64,000 bases of DNA from Coriobacteriales bacterium (GTDB taxonomy: Bacteria; Actinomycetota; Coriobacteriia; Coriobacteriales; Atopobiaceae). This document shows positions 1 through 9,279 of the stretch, one piece after another. Every line of letters starts with the position of its first letter. Within the stretch, counting starts at the first letter, position 1. The notes below the pieces were generated by a model. It searched no databases and was not told the DNA's origin. It saw only the letters and a program-made list of their open reading frames with translations. The position numbers and the translations under genes are program-made. The stretch is from contig JAQXQO010000134.1 of the NCBI GenBank assembly GCA_029101205.1, forward strand, positions 45,281-109,280, in the 5' to 3' direction.

Positions 1-613
1 AGAGGGGCAGGATCTTCTTGTACAGGCCATATGCCACGGCCAGGTAGCCGGCCATCATGACCAGCAGAATCGCCACGTACAGCGGCACCACGGGGGCCAG
101 CATGGCCACGGTGGCCACCACGGAGGCGACCGTGGGGATGAAGGCGTACACCAACACGTCCACCAGCTGCGAGTAGCCCGAGACGAAGCGCGAGGTCTGG
201 CTGACCAGGCTGCCGCCGAATCGGCTGTTGTGGAAGGTCATCGACTGGTTGGACAGCGTGTCGAAGCACAGGCGCGACAGCTGGTAGTCGCCGTTTATCT
301 CCAGCTTGTAGACCGAGTAGTCCTGCAGCTTCGACAGCGTCTGTCCCGCGGCATTCACCACCAGAAACGCCAGCACGTAGGGCGCAAACACCTGCATCAC
401 CTGGTCGGGCGCCACGGGCGACGCCTGGACGCGGTCCACCACCAGGCCCATGACGTAGGTGTTCACGAACGACAGCAGGACGATGTACCCCACCGAGGAC
501 ACCACCGACAGCACCAGCGCACCCCGCCGCATGCACGACACCTTCCAGAAGTAGTGCATCGTCCTGCGGATGGTGGACTTGGGGGCCTGCCCCCTTTGGC
601 TTCGTAGACCCAT
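1..613 (-). CDS. ABC transporter permease/ATP-binding protein, N-terminal TM part (runs off window start)
   Basis: Hand translation from ATG 613: [25 protein letters not shown]...TM helices...[17 protein letters not shown], typical of an ABC exporter TM domain. RBS AAAGGAG upstream. Not in the ORF track because its stop lies outside the window. Confidence 0.85.
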   Translation of the reverse strand, partial: MGLRSQRGQAPKSTIRRTMHYFWKVSCMRRGALVLSVVSSVGYIVLLSFVNTYVMGLVVDRVQASPVAPDQVMQVFAPYVLAFLVVNAAGQTLSKLQDYSVYKLEINGDYQLSRLCFDTLSNQSMTFHNSRFGGSLVSQTSRFVSGYSQLVDVLVYAFIPTVASVVATVAMLAPVVPLYVAILLVMMAGYLAVAYGLYKKILPL

Positions 614-795
614 GTGCAAACTCCTTTGTCACGCCCCGCGTCGGCGGCGCGCGGTCCCACATATCTGAATGTACACTGCGCGTTTTAGCGCGCGGTCAGC
701 CAATGATATATGCCAATGCGGTGTATGCGCTCCCCTATGCTGCTACAGTAAAATCCCACGCAAGTATTTCATACTGCTTACAGAAAGAGGGACTG

Positions 796-1437
796 ATGGG
801 ACTCGACGCCAGAAGGACAACCGCGCGGAGCGATGCGCCCAAGCGGCCAGCGGCCACGCGAGGCGGCGCCCCAGACGCCCGGCAGGACGCCATCCGCTAC
901 GACTTCTTGGACGACGAAGTGGTACGCAGGCGCGCAAGAGCCCTGGACCAGCTGGAACGCTACGAGCTCATCCCCGCTGACGACCTGCGGGCACGCCAGC
1001 GGTTCCTGCAGGAGCACCTGTTTGGCAGCCTGGGGCTCGACGCGGACGTGCGGCAGGGGTTCCGGTGCGAGAGAGGCGACAACATCCACGCAGGCAGCCA
1101 CCTGGTGGTCGACATGGGTTGCACCATCCTGGACGCCGCCCCCGTGTGGCTGGGCGACTGGGTCATCATGGGGCCGCACGTGCTGGTCTCGACCGTGAAC
1201 CATCCCCTCTCGCCCAGCCAGAGGCGCCAGCGCCAGGCCACCGCCACCCCCGTGCGCATAGGCAGCGACGTGTGGATCGGCGGAAACGCCACGATACTAC
1301 CCAGCGTCACCATCGGCGACAACGTGGTCATAGGGGCGGGCGCGGTGGTGACGAAGGACATCCCCGCGAACTCCCTGGCCCTGGGCGTGCCTGCCCGCGT
1401 GGTGCGCACCCTGGAAGACGACCGCCCCGCCCGCTAG
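796..1437 (+). CDS. Sugar (maltose/galactoside) O-acetyltransferase
   Basis: Hexapeptide repeats [38 protein letters not shown]; start moved to ATG 796 behind AAAGAGGG. Confidence 0.88.
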   Translation: MGLDARRTTARSDAPKRPAATRGGAPDARQDAIRYDFLDDEVVRRRARALDQLERYELIPADDLRARQRFLQEHLFGSLGLDADVRQGFRCERGDNIHAGSHLVVDMGCTILDAAPVWLGDWVIMGPHVLVSTVNHPLSPSQRRQRQATATPVRIGSDVWIGGNATILPSVTIGDNVVIGAGAVVTKDIPANSLALGVPARVVRTLEDDRPAR

Positions 1438-1463
1438 CGAGCCCCACGACGAAGGGGGAATCC

Positions 1464-1841
1464 ATGTCCCACCTCAGAAGCATGCAAGAAGCGCAACGCG
1501 CAGACCTGGCCGGCATCGTGACCGCGGCACAGCGGCCACACGACACGGCGACGCAGCTGGCAGAAGAGCTGCGCACCTGGGAGGCCCAGGCAACCGACGA
1601 GCTCAGCCGGTCGCTGGCGATGCAGCGGCTGTGCGTCGAGGACCTGGCCGACCTCGAGGCGCAGGACGCCCTGGGGCAGGCCGACGCGGCAGGCGTCGTC
1701 TCCAGTCGTCTGGGCTCCTACCAGGAGCTTTGCCGGACCATCGAGCACCAGCGCCAGGTGCGGCAGGAGCTGTTGTTGCAGTGGGCACGCGCCCGCGCGC
1801 TGGCACGGCACACGAAGGATCCGGAGGAAGACGCCCGGTAG
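1464..1841 (+). CDS. Hypothetical coiled-coil protein (125 aa)
   Basis: RBS GAAGGGGG then ATG 1464 (MSHLRSMQEAQ...); host-like codon usage; helical, E/Q/R/L-rich. Confidence 0.6.
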   Translation: MSHLRSMQEAQRADLAGIVTAAQRPHDTATQLAEELRTWEAQATDELSRSLAMQRLCVEDLADLEAQDALGQADAAGVVSSRLGSYQELCRTIEHQRQVRQELLLQWARARALARHTKDPEEDAR

Positions 1842-2053
1842 CGCCGCGACCCCATCGTTCTTCTTCGCGCCTTGCGCACGCCCCCCCCAAACAATGTCCG
1901 CCACACGCCAAAGGCATGCCCACCATTGCCGCTGGCGTGGGTAGACGGCAGGTGAGCACCCGCGTTTGCCCCTTGCCCCACACCTCGGGCGCCGACGTTT
2001 CCGGCGCTCGCACGACGCCGGGCGTGAGGAGCCGCTACAGAGGGAGGTCTCTC

Positions 2054-2905
2054 ATGCGTGAGATTCGTCTGGACGAGGAAGCCATCACCGACACGAAGCA
2101 ACTGGAGCAGACGTTGCAAGAACAGCTGCAGCTGCCACAGGCGCAGCCCGGCAGCACCCCGAACCTGCAGAGGCAGCTCGAGGCCATCTGCGACCCCACG
2201 CGCATCGTGGTGATCAGGCGCGAATGGAACCGCAGCCAGTGGTTCGACCAGGCGTGCACCACACTGGAGCGCGCCTCCACCAACAACTACTTCCTGGACG
2301 TCGACATTCAGGGGCAGCAGCCCGACGCCATAGCACAAGCGCGGCAGAGCCCGCAGGCGGCGCTCGAGCGTCTGAGGCGCGGAAACGCGGAATACCTGCA
2401 GGCACGCCACTCGGCGGGCAACATCTCGCAGGAACTCATCGACCAGCTGTTCGAGGAGGGCCAGTCTCCCTACGCCACCGTGCTCACCTGCTCTGACTCG
2501 CGCGTGGTGCCCGAGCACGCCTTCATGTGCGGCCTGGGCGAGCTGTTCTGCATCCGCACCGCGGGCAACGTGGTCGGCCCGTCCGAGATGGCCAGCGCCG
2601 TCTATGCCTGCTCGCATCTGGGGACGCCCCTGCTGGTGGTGATGGGCCACACGCACTGCGGCGCCATAGACGCGGCTATGCGAGGTGGCCAGCGCGGTGC
2701 GGTTGGCACCATCACGGCCAGGATAACCGAGGTCATCGGCGCCGAGACTGACCCCCTGAAGGCGGCGCGGCTGAACGTGCAGGAGGGGATCTACCGGCTG
2801 TGCACGCAGCCCGAGCTGGCGTCGCTGGTAAGCCAGGGAAAGCTCGCCATCTGCGGCGCCCTGTACTACACCCACTCCGGCAAGGTGGAGTTCTGGGAGA
2901 GCTAG
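2054..2905 (+). CDS. Beta-class carbonic anhydrase with N-terminal barstar-like domain
   Basis: CSDSRV and GHTHCGA zinc motifs, IRTAGNV; about 85-aa N-terminal module MREIRLDEE...; RBS AGGGAGG. Confidence 0.85.
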   Translation: MREIRLDEEAITDTKQLEQTLQEQLQLPQAQPGSTPNLQRQLEAICDPTRIVVIRREWNRSQWFDQACTTLERASTNNYFLDVDIQGQQPDAIAQARQSPQAALERLRRGNAEYLQARHSAGNISQELIDQLFEEGQSPYATVLTCSDSRVVPEHAFMCGLGELFCIRTAGNVVGPSEMASAVYACSHLGTPLLVVMGHTHCGAIDAAMRGGQRGAVGTITARITEVIGAETDPLKAARLNVQEGIYRLCTQPELASLVSQGKLAICGALYYTHSGKVEFWES

Positions 2906-3537
2906 CGCTTGACGTAGCTGGTGCGCGCGACGGGCTCACCGTCCTCGTCGGGCAGCAGGTTCCCCGCGCGCACCTGGGCGTCCAGGCGCCGGTCCACGTA
3001 GTCGGCCAGCTGCGTGGAGCCCTTGCGCGTGACCTCGTTGCGCCCGGCGGGGCCGGCGCGCCTGACGCCGTGTAGCTTCCAGTCGCCGCCGTCATTCGAG
3101 TCGTTCAGCAGCATGGGCTGCAGGTTGTCCATGGCATGGGCAAAGTGCGCCTCGGGGGTCTGGTTCGCCTCGAACTCCTCCCAGATGGCGCGCAGGTCGT
3201 CCGCCTGGTCCTGCGGCAGCTTTGCGTACAGGCGCTCGGCGGCAGACCGCTCGCGCTGCTCGGCGTCCGCCTGGCCGGCCTGGTCGTAGGCGTACGTGTC
3301 GCCCGCGTATATCTCGACCAGGTCGTGCGTCAGCGTCATGACCATGGTGCGCGCCAGGTCAAAGGGCTCGTTTGCGTACTCGCGCAGCAGATAGGCCATC
3401 ACAGTCATGTGCCACGCATGCTCGGCGTCGTCCTCGCGCCGGCCCTGGTGCGTCAGATGCGTCTGGCGCTGTACTAGCTTTTCTTTGTCGATTTCCAGGA
3501 TGAAGTCGCGCTGCCGTGCGAACCGCTCTGGGTCCAT
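2902..3537 (-). CDS. HD-domain phosphohydrolase (HD_3 type)
   Basis: REDDAEHAWH...LTHDLVEIYAGD...WEEFE...AMDNLQP; start ATG 3537 behind GAGGAGG. Confidence 0.88.
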   Translation of the reverse strand: MDPERFARQRDFILEIDKEKLVQRQTHLTHQGRREDDAEHAWHMTVMAYLLREYANEPFDLARTMVMTLTHDLVEIYAGDTYAYDQAGQADAEQRERSAAERLYAKLPQDQADDLRAIWEEFEANQTPEAHFAHAMDNLQPMLLNDSNDGGDWKLHGVRRAGPAGRNEVTRKGSTQLADYVDRRLDAQVRAGNLLPDEDGEPVARTSYVKR

Positions 3538-3582
3538 GGGAGCCTCCTCGAATAGGTGACACCCCACCATACACCGCCGGAC

Positions 3583-4266
3583 CTAGAGGTCCGCCGTGAA
3601 CCTGCATCGTGGGTAGTTGCTGCAGCCCAGAAAGCCGCCGTACCTGCCCTGACGATAGCGCAGCACGCCACCGCAGGCGGGGCAGTCGTCGCCCGCTCGC
3701 AGGCCTCCCATGGCCAGCCTGCCCTCCACGAGTGCATCCACCTTCGACGCCAACAGGTCGAACTGCTGCGGCGGATAGGTGGGGTCCTGGTCGTCCGGCG
3801 GCCGACGCCTTCTGGCGTCGGCGCGCACCATCCAGCCTATGTCGGCGTCGTGGCCCAGGTAGAAGCCCTTTCCCGTAAGGGGGACCTTCTTGAACTGGCA
3901 GCCGGGACCAAACGCCACCATCAGGACGAAGCGCCCCCTGGGCTCACCCAGGCGCTCCGCCAGGTCGTCCACCAATATCCTGCCGCGCGCTATGGGGTTT
4001 GCCAGCCTGGAGCGGTCGGCATGCCCGCGCACCAGGGTCCAGGTGCGGTCCGCCTGGCCGCCGTACAGGTACCCCTCGACGTCGCAGCGAATGACGACGT
4101 ACAAGGCGACGTCCGTCAGCAGCAGAAGATCGATCCTGCGGGACGCATCGTCCGCCTGGACGGGCACGGCCCTGCCCCTGGGCAGCCTGTGGCGCGGGAC
4201 GCTCAGCGGATGCCAGGCCCTGCTGTGCTCCACGGCATCCAGCACGCGAACGCTGTTGCTTGGCAT
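3583..4266 (-). CDS. NERD-like domain plus topoisomerase-type C4 zinc ribbon protein (catalytic motif degenerate)
   Basis: IDLLLL...LYVV...GYLYG...WT...NPI NERD pattern; C-terminal [30 protein letters not shown]. Confidence 0.75.
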   Translation of the reverse strand: MPSNSVRVLDAVEHSRAWHPLSVPRHRLPRGRAVPVQADDASRRIDLLLLTDVALYVVIRCDVEGYLYGGQADRTWTLVRGHADRSRLANPIARGRILVDDLAERLGEPRGRFVLMVAFGPGCQFKKVPLTGKGFYLGHDADIGWMVRADARRRRPPDDQDPTYPPQQFDLLASKVDALVEGRLAMGGLRAGDDCPACGGVLRYRQGRYGGFLGCSNYPRCRFTADL

Positions 4267-4418
4267 GGTGTTGGCCCTCCCCGCTCCCGATGGCTTCCTC
4301 GGAATGAAACCATTCTACCCAATACCCGAACATATGTTGCAGTCTAGGGGACCAAATGCGCTATAGTATCTGCCACCGTCCATCGGCCCGCAGAAGCCCC
4401 CACCCGAAGGAGCTCGCC

Positions 4419-4925
4419 ATGCAAGGCGCAACGCAAACCACCTACGACGTCGACTTTGCCCTTCTTGCCAGCCAGATTCAGTCGCTCGCGCAGCCCGACC
4501 CGCACTGGCTGCCCACGCTCAGCAATGCCGCGGCACTGCTGTGGGACGCGCTGCCCCAGGTGAACTGGGTCGGATTCTATCTGATGGCGCAAAGCGGCGA
4601 CCTCGTGCTGGGGCCCTTCCAGGGAAAGCTGGCCTGCGTGCGTCTGCGTCTGGGCCACGGCGTCTGCGGCACGGCGGCTCAGCTGGACCAGCCCCAGCTG
4701 GTGCCCAACGTCCACGAGTTCGCCGGCCACATCGCCTGCGACGCGGCCACGAACTCCGAGCTGGTAATACCGCTGCACCACCAGGGTAGGGTCATCGGCG
4801 TGCTGGACCTGGACAGCCCCCAGCCCGGACGGTTCCGCGACTCCGACCTGGACGGCCTTCGGCAGGTGGTGCGCCCCATCCAGGACAGCGCCGACTTCGT
4901 CGGCCTGCCGCTGTTGGGGGCATAG
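4419..4925 (+). CDS. msrC: GAF-domain protein, free methionine-R-sulfoxide reductase type
   Basis: NWVGFYL...LGPFQGKLAC...GVCGTAA...HIACDAATNSELVIP...GVLDLDS; RBS AAGGAG. Confidence 0.85.
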   Translation: MQGATQTTYDVDFALLASQIQSLAQPDPHWLPTLSNAAALLWDALPQVNWVGFYLMAQSGDLVLGPFQGKLACVRLRLGHGVCGTAAQLDQPQLVPNVHEFAGHIACDAATNSELVIPLHHQGRVIGVLDLDSPQPGRFRDSDLDGLRQVVRPIQDSADFVGLPLLGA

Positions 4926-5082
4926 CGGCCAGCCCAAGGCCGGCGCTTGGCAGCCACGGCCTGCGGGCCGCTAGTCCTTCTTGGCATGAAAAAGGCGCCC
5001 CGCCATACGACGGGACGCCAGAGTATCGATTGCGGGATGGCCCAAAGAAGCGCTGCCCACAGGGGGCAATCGCCGTCAGGGG

Positions 5083-7005
5083 CTAGCCCTGCTGGCAACA
5101 GCTGTCCACCCAGGCCAGCAGGTTCTCCTCGGCAGTGCCGCTGACCTCGGCCAGAACGTGGCCCTGCCCCCACACGGGCGTGAACGCGACGTCCTTCACG
5201 CCGTCGTAGTGCTGCAGCGCCAGCGCCAGGTTGGCCTCGGTGCACAGTGAGGTGTCCGTCTGGAAGATGCCGGAGTTGATGCGCCAGTGCGGTGCCACGC
5301 CGCAGGAGCCAAAGCCCTCATAGGCGCCGCTCAGCGTGTACAGCGGGTTGAACATGTTCATGCGCGTGGCGACGTCGGAGCTCTGGTCGTCGGTCTTCTG
5401 CAGGTCGTCGGTCCAGTCGGTGGCATAGGCCGCGTCCCAGCCACTGGCCGCCGAGTAGGCGTCCACGTTCGCCGTGATGCTGTCCGCAATCATCTGGCTG
5501 AAGTGCAGTGTCCCGTTGTCCTTCGTGCCGAACAGCTGGTTCGTGGTGGTGGAGCGGTCGATGGCGTCGAAGGCGCAGACCTTCTTTGAAGGGGCCTTCA
5601 GGTGCGTCACGAAGTCGCGCAGCCCGCTGATGCGGACGGTGTTGCGGCGCTGGTTGTAGGTGAGCCAGCGGTCGTCGCTGTTCAGGGCGCTGACGTAATC
5701 GGATGCCGAGTTGTACACAACGGACTGCACCTGCGTGGCGCCCGCCTCGCCATCGGTCGTGGCAGACGAGTTCGAGCTGCCCGTGACGCCCGTGGCGTTG
5801 GAGACCTTGTCGGAGGTCTCGTCGGTGACCGCGTCGGTGTCCTGCGTGCCCGAGCCGGACTTCTGCAGGTTGGGGTCGCCGGGGAACGCCGTGGTCGAGA
5901 TGCGCGACGGCGTGTACGTGTACGGGAACTGCGTGGTCGAGAAGAACTTCGCAGCCGCATCCTGCACCAGCGTGACCAGGTAGTCGTAGTAGCTGCCGTC
6001 GGTGTAGATCTCGCCCGAGGTCTCGTCCAGCGTCAGCGCGGCGTCGCTGGAGTCGCGCAGGTCCATGGAGTTGACGTAGGCGGCATAGGCCGTGGCGAGG
6101 TTGTTCGAGAGGAGCTTCGTCCACGTGCCGTCGGCGCGCGTGTCGGCGGTGTCGTACTGCCCCATCATCCACTCGTACGCGGAGTCCGCCGTGTCGTACT
6201 CGGTCAGGGGGCACCACGAGGCGGACCCAAAGATGGCGTCCGAGATGGTGTTACCCTGCGCGTCATGCGTCACGGCGCCGATGCTGTCGAGGTAGGACGT
6301 GTACAGCGCGGAGTCTCCGGTGGAGCCCATGAGCGCGCTGACGCCACCGCCCGCCGAGAAGCCAAACATGAAGACGCGGCTGGTGTCGCAGGGCAGGTCG
6401 GACGCGTTGTAGCGCAGGTAGCGCACGGCCGCCTTCAGGTCGACCACGGGCCAGGGGGCGCCGCCGGAGTACACCTGGTCCTTCGAGCTCTCGTAGCCCG
6501 AGCTGCGGCCGCGGAAGCCCGCGTACACGTAGACGTAGCCGGCCTTCATGTAGTTGGTAAGGCCGTTGGCGTCATACGAGGTGGGGCTGGCCTGGGCGCC
6601 CAGCGTGCCGGAGTTTATGGGCATCAGGATGGGAGCGGTCTTCGCGGTGTAGTTGCCCACCGCACCGTCCTCCTTCACCGTGCAGGTGTAGGTGTCGCCC
6701 TTCTTCTCGCCGTTGAAGTACGCACCGGGCACAAAAATGGCCAGCGACTCGTACGCAGTGGAGACCGGGCTCTTGCAATAGGTCAGCCCCAGCTGGTAGT
6801 ACACGTCGTTGACAGAGTCGTACTTCCAGGACTTCATGTCCAGGGCCAGGCTCTGGAACTCGGTCAGGTCGACGGAAGGCTGCTGGTCATTGCTGTCGGA
6901 GTCCTGCTGGGTGGTCTGCTGGGTGTTGGACGGCGTGCACGCCGCCAGGCAAAGCGCCGTCCCCGCGGACATGGCCGCTAGGAACTCTTTCCTGGTGCAG
7001 CTCAT
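5083..7005 (-). CDS. Subtype B tannase-like secreted esterase (Tat-like lipoprotein)
   Basis: Signal RKEFL...CLAAC; GFSAGG nucleophile elbow; VDLKAAVRYLRYN; HWRI-x-SGIFQTDTS; VWGQGH. Confidence 0.8.
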   Translation of the reverse strand: MSCTRKEFLAAMSAGTALCLAACTPSNTQQTTQQDSDSNDQQPSVDLTEFQSLALDMKSWKYDSVNDVYYQLGLTYCKSPVSTAYESLAIFVPGAYFNGEKKGDTYTCTVKEDGAVGNYTAKTAPILMPINSGTLGAQASPTSYDANGLTNYMKAGYVYVYAGFRGRSSGYESSKDQVYSGGAPWPVVDLKAAVRYLRYNASDLPCDTSRVFMFGFSAGGGVSALMGSTGDSALYTSYLDSIGAVTHDAQGNTISDAIFGSASWCPLTEYDTADSAYEWMMGQYDTADTRADGTWTKLLSNNLATAYAAYVNSMDLRDSSDAALTLDETSGEIYTDGSYYDYLVTLVQDAAAKFFSTTQFPYTYTPSRISTTAFPGDPNLQKSGSGTQDTDAVTDETSDKVSNATGVTGSSNSSATTDGEAGATQVQSVVYNSASDYVSALNSDDRWLTYNQRRNTVRISGLRDFVTHLKAPSKKVCAFDAIDRSTTTNQLFGTKDNGTLHFSQMIADSITANVDAYSAASGWDAAYATDWTDDLQKTDDQSSDVATRMNMFNPLYTLSGAYEGFGSCGVAPHWRINSGIFQTDTSLCTEANLALALQHYDGVKDVAFTPVWGQGHVLAEVSGTAEENLLAWVDSCCQQG

Positions 7006-7213
7006 AGCTCCTCCTACTATGCGAATCCTGCGCAACTCATGCGTGCTCGCCGCGCATGAATATCTATATCTTCCCCATTTTAGCCACTGCGCCTACGCAA
7101 GGGAAAGCCGCACAGAACGGACACCCCCGCACGGCCGCCATCGCTCGGCAGAGCGCCATGGCCTGCAAAGCCCGCATATAATAGCAGTTCAAAGGCCGGC
7201 AAAGGAGGGCGGT

Positions 7214-7549
7214 ATGGCACAGAAGGGCACGGCGGGTCCCGACGTGGGACCGGCACAGGGTCTCGACGGAGTTCGCAGGCTTCGCCTGCGCTTTCGCGGA
7301 CAGGTGCAGGGCGTGGGATTTCGCTGGAACGCCGAGCGCGTGGCGAACTCGCTGGGCCTTGTGGGCTGGGTAAAGAACGAGTGGGACGGCAGCGTATCCA
7401 TGGAGCTGCAGGGAACCGACGACCAGATTTCGCAGTTCTTCGGCCTCTTTAACCAGCAGTATCGACGCTACCCCATCGACTATCGCATCGAGCAGAAGGA
7501 CGAGGTCCCTCCCAAAGACGACGAGGCGGGCTTCGTCGTGCACTTCTAG
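7214..7549 (+). CDS. acyP: Acylphosphatase
   Basis: GQVQGVGFRW...LVGWVKNEWDGSV signature; RBS AAGGAGG. Confidence 0.9.
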   Translation: MAQKGTAGPDVGPAQGLDGVRRLRLRFRGQVQGVGFRWNAERVANSLGLVGWVKNEWDGSVSMELQGTDDQISQFFGLFNQQYRRYPIDYRIEQKDEVPPKDDEAGFVVHF

Positions 7550-7632
7550 CTAGCCCAAATCCCTCGCCCCGACCCACCCCGGCCATCCTTCGCCCAGTCC
7601 CTGCCGCACAATCCCACCAAGGAGAAGTCGCA

Positions 7633-8430
7633 ATGGCATGCTTTCAGACGACAGAGTTCTCGCTGCAGAGCATCGCCGAATCGGGACAGACGTTCACCTG
7701 GCACGCCCTCGCGCCGTCAAACGAGACGTCCGTGCAGCGCTGGGTCATAGCCTCCGGGTCGCACTCGTGCATGGCGTGGCAAAGGGAAGGCACGCTCTTC
7801 CTGACCCAGCCGGACGGATCCGAGCCAAACGCCGCGCAGGCCCGCTATTGGCGCCACTACTTCGCGCTCGACTTGGATTACGGTCGCATTCTGGGCTCCC
7901 TGCAGCTGCCAGAGGGAGCGCACCAGCAGGCCTGGGGCACGCGCGTGTTGGCGCAGGACTGGTGGGACGTCGCCGTCAGCTTTGTCATCTCGCAGAACTC
8001 CAGCATCAAGCGCATCCAGCACACCATGGACCTTCTGATGGAGCGTGCGCACGGACAGGTGCCCTCCCCCGCCAGGCTGCAGCGCCTGCTGGCAGACGAG
8101 GGCATCTGCCAGCAGCTGAAGCTGGGGTACCGGCTCCCCTACCTGCGCCAGCTGGCAAACAGGTGCCAGTCGTGGCATCCGTCCTGCCTGGACGAGCCTC
8201 GCCTGCCGCTGGACATCCAGCTGCACGAGCTGCAGCAGCTGCCAGGGGTGGGGCCCAAGGTCGCCAACTGCATCTGCCTGTTTGGCCTGGAGTACCTGCA
8301 GGCAGTCCCTCGAGACACCTGGATAAAGAAGGCGGAGCGCGAGCTCAGCATCCAATGGGACCCGCGCTACGGAGGCATCCAGCAGCAGTACGTCTTTGCC
8401 TGGGTCAGAAGGGAGCATGGCCGCCTGTAG
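7633..8430 (+). CDS. 8-oxoguanine DNA glycosylase (Ogg-like, HhH-GPD)
   Basis: ESGQTFTW, SFVISQNSSIKRI, LGYR, LPGVGPKVANCICLFGL, VPRDTW. Confidence 0.85.
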   Translation: MACFQTTEFSLQSIAESGQTFTWHALAPSNETSVQRWVIASGSHSCMAWQREGTLFLTQPDGSEPNAAQARYWRHYFALDLDYGRILGSLQLPEGAHQQAWGTRVLAQDWWDVAVSFVISQNSSIKRIQHTMDLLMERAHGQVPSPARLQRLLADEGICQQLKLGYRLPYLRQLANRCQSWHPSCLDEPRLPLDIQLHELQQLPGVGPKVANCICLFGLEYLQAVPRDTWIKKAERELSIQWDPRYGGIQQQYVFAWVRREHGRL

Positions 8431-8450
8431 CGCGGCCGCCGGCGGCGCGC

Positions 8451-8501
8451 CCAGGCACGTCCGCAATCCAGGCGCGCCCGTAATCCAGGCACGCCCGTAA
8501 T
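8451..8501. repeat. 17-bp tandem repeat x3 (CCAGGCRCGYCCGYAAT)
   Basis: Copies start at 8451, 8468 and 8485. Confidence 0.85.
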
Positions 8502-8521
8502 CGAACAAAGGAGAGAAGCGC

Positions 8522-8770
8522 ATGAAGGTAGCAGCCATTGGCGACATCGTCGAGGCAAACAAACGGCTTCAGCAGGAGGGGGTTAGCTGCAAGGTACACC
8601 TGCGCGACGCATGCGGCAGGCAGACCATGTGGCTGGAGCTCACGGGACCAGAGGGCGACCAACCCAGCCTGACCGACGCGCATACCGCCATCGAGGGAAT
8701 CTTCCAAGAGCTCGGCCTGCCCGTGGAGTTCGATCCCGTCGAGGGCGTCAACTTCTGGGTGCGGCAGTAG
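8522..8770 (+). CDS. Small conserved protein with HLRDACG motif (RDAC-family-like)
   Basis: 82 aa, KVHLRDACGRQT; RBS AAAGGAG. Confidence 0.7.
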   Translation: MKVAAIGDIVEANKRLQQEGVSCKVHLRDACGRQTMWLELTGPEGDQPSLTDAHTAIEGIFQELGLPVEFDPVEGVNFWVRQ

Positions 8771-8837
8771 CCAACGCGTCTGACCTGCGGCGATGCGACC
8801 CATGCACCAACAAAATACAAAAAGGCAAAGTTTTTCT

Positions 8838-8866
8838 TTGACTTCGGGTGTGGGTCTTGTTATATT
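8838..8866 (+). promoter_or_regulatory. Sigma70-type promoter of tRNA-Phe
   Basis: TTGACT-17 bp-TATATT with extended TG and an A/T-rich UP tract upstream. Confidence 0.8.
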
Positions 8867-8889
8867 AATCGAGCGCGCAAGCGCGCTTC

Positions 8890-8965
8890 GGCTGGGTAGC
8901 TCAGTTGGTAGAGCAGGGGACTGAAAATCCCCGTGTCAGGGGTTCGATTCCCTTCCCCGCCACCA
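8890..8965 (+). tRNA. tRNA-Phe (GAA)
   Basis: 76 nt GGCTGGGTAGCTCAGTTGGTAGAGC-AGGGGA CTGAAAA TCCCC...GGTTCGATTCC...ACCA; CCA encoded; U4-C69 acceptor mismatch. Confidence 0.97.
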
Positions 8966-8973
8966 GAAACTAT

Positions 8974-9010
8974 ATGGCCTCCTACCTGCAGAGATGCGGT
9001 GGGAGGCCAT
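8974..9010 (+). terminator. Hairpin downstream of tRNA-Phe
   Basis: ATGGCCTCCTACC...GGTGGGAGGCCAT stem; weak U-tract. Confidence 0.6.
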
Positions 9011-9279
9011 TCTGGTATCCGGCGAAAAACTCGCATGGGTACCGGATGGGTACCTCATGGGTACTACGGTCATGAGAACCGGCACGTTCGCGACAGCATT
9101 CGGACAGCGAAACCCCATCGCTCAGATGCCGTGGGACCTTCCGCTGTGCTGCAGGGCTTCCCACCGTCAAACATGCCAGAAAAAAGCCGGCCGCGGCCCC
9201 GTTGGAACCACAGCCGGCTAGTCATGCCTTCAGTCGAATCGCGAGTACAGTGGCATTGCAACCTGAGGGATGTCTGCGG

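Noticed and set aside
8844-8855. TCGGGTGTGGGT identity between the tRNA promoter spacer and the arm of the 59.9-kb units
   Set aside because: Only 12 bp, without the palindromic centre or outer arms; probably chance.
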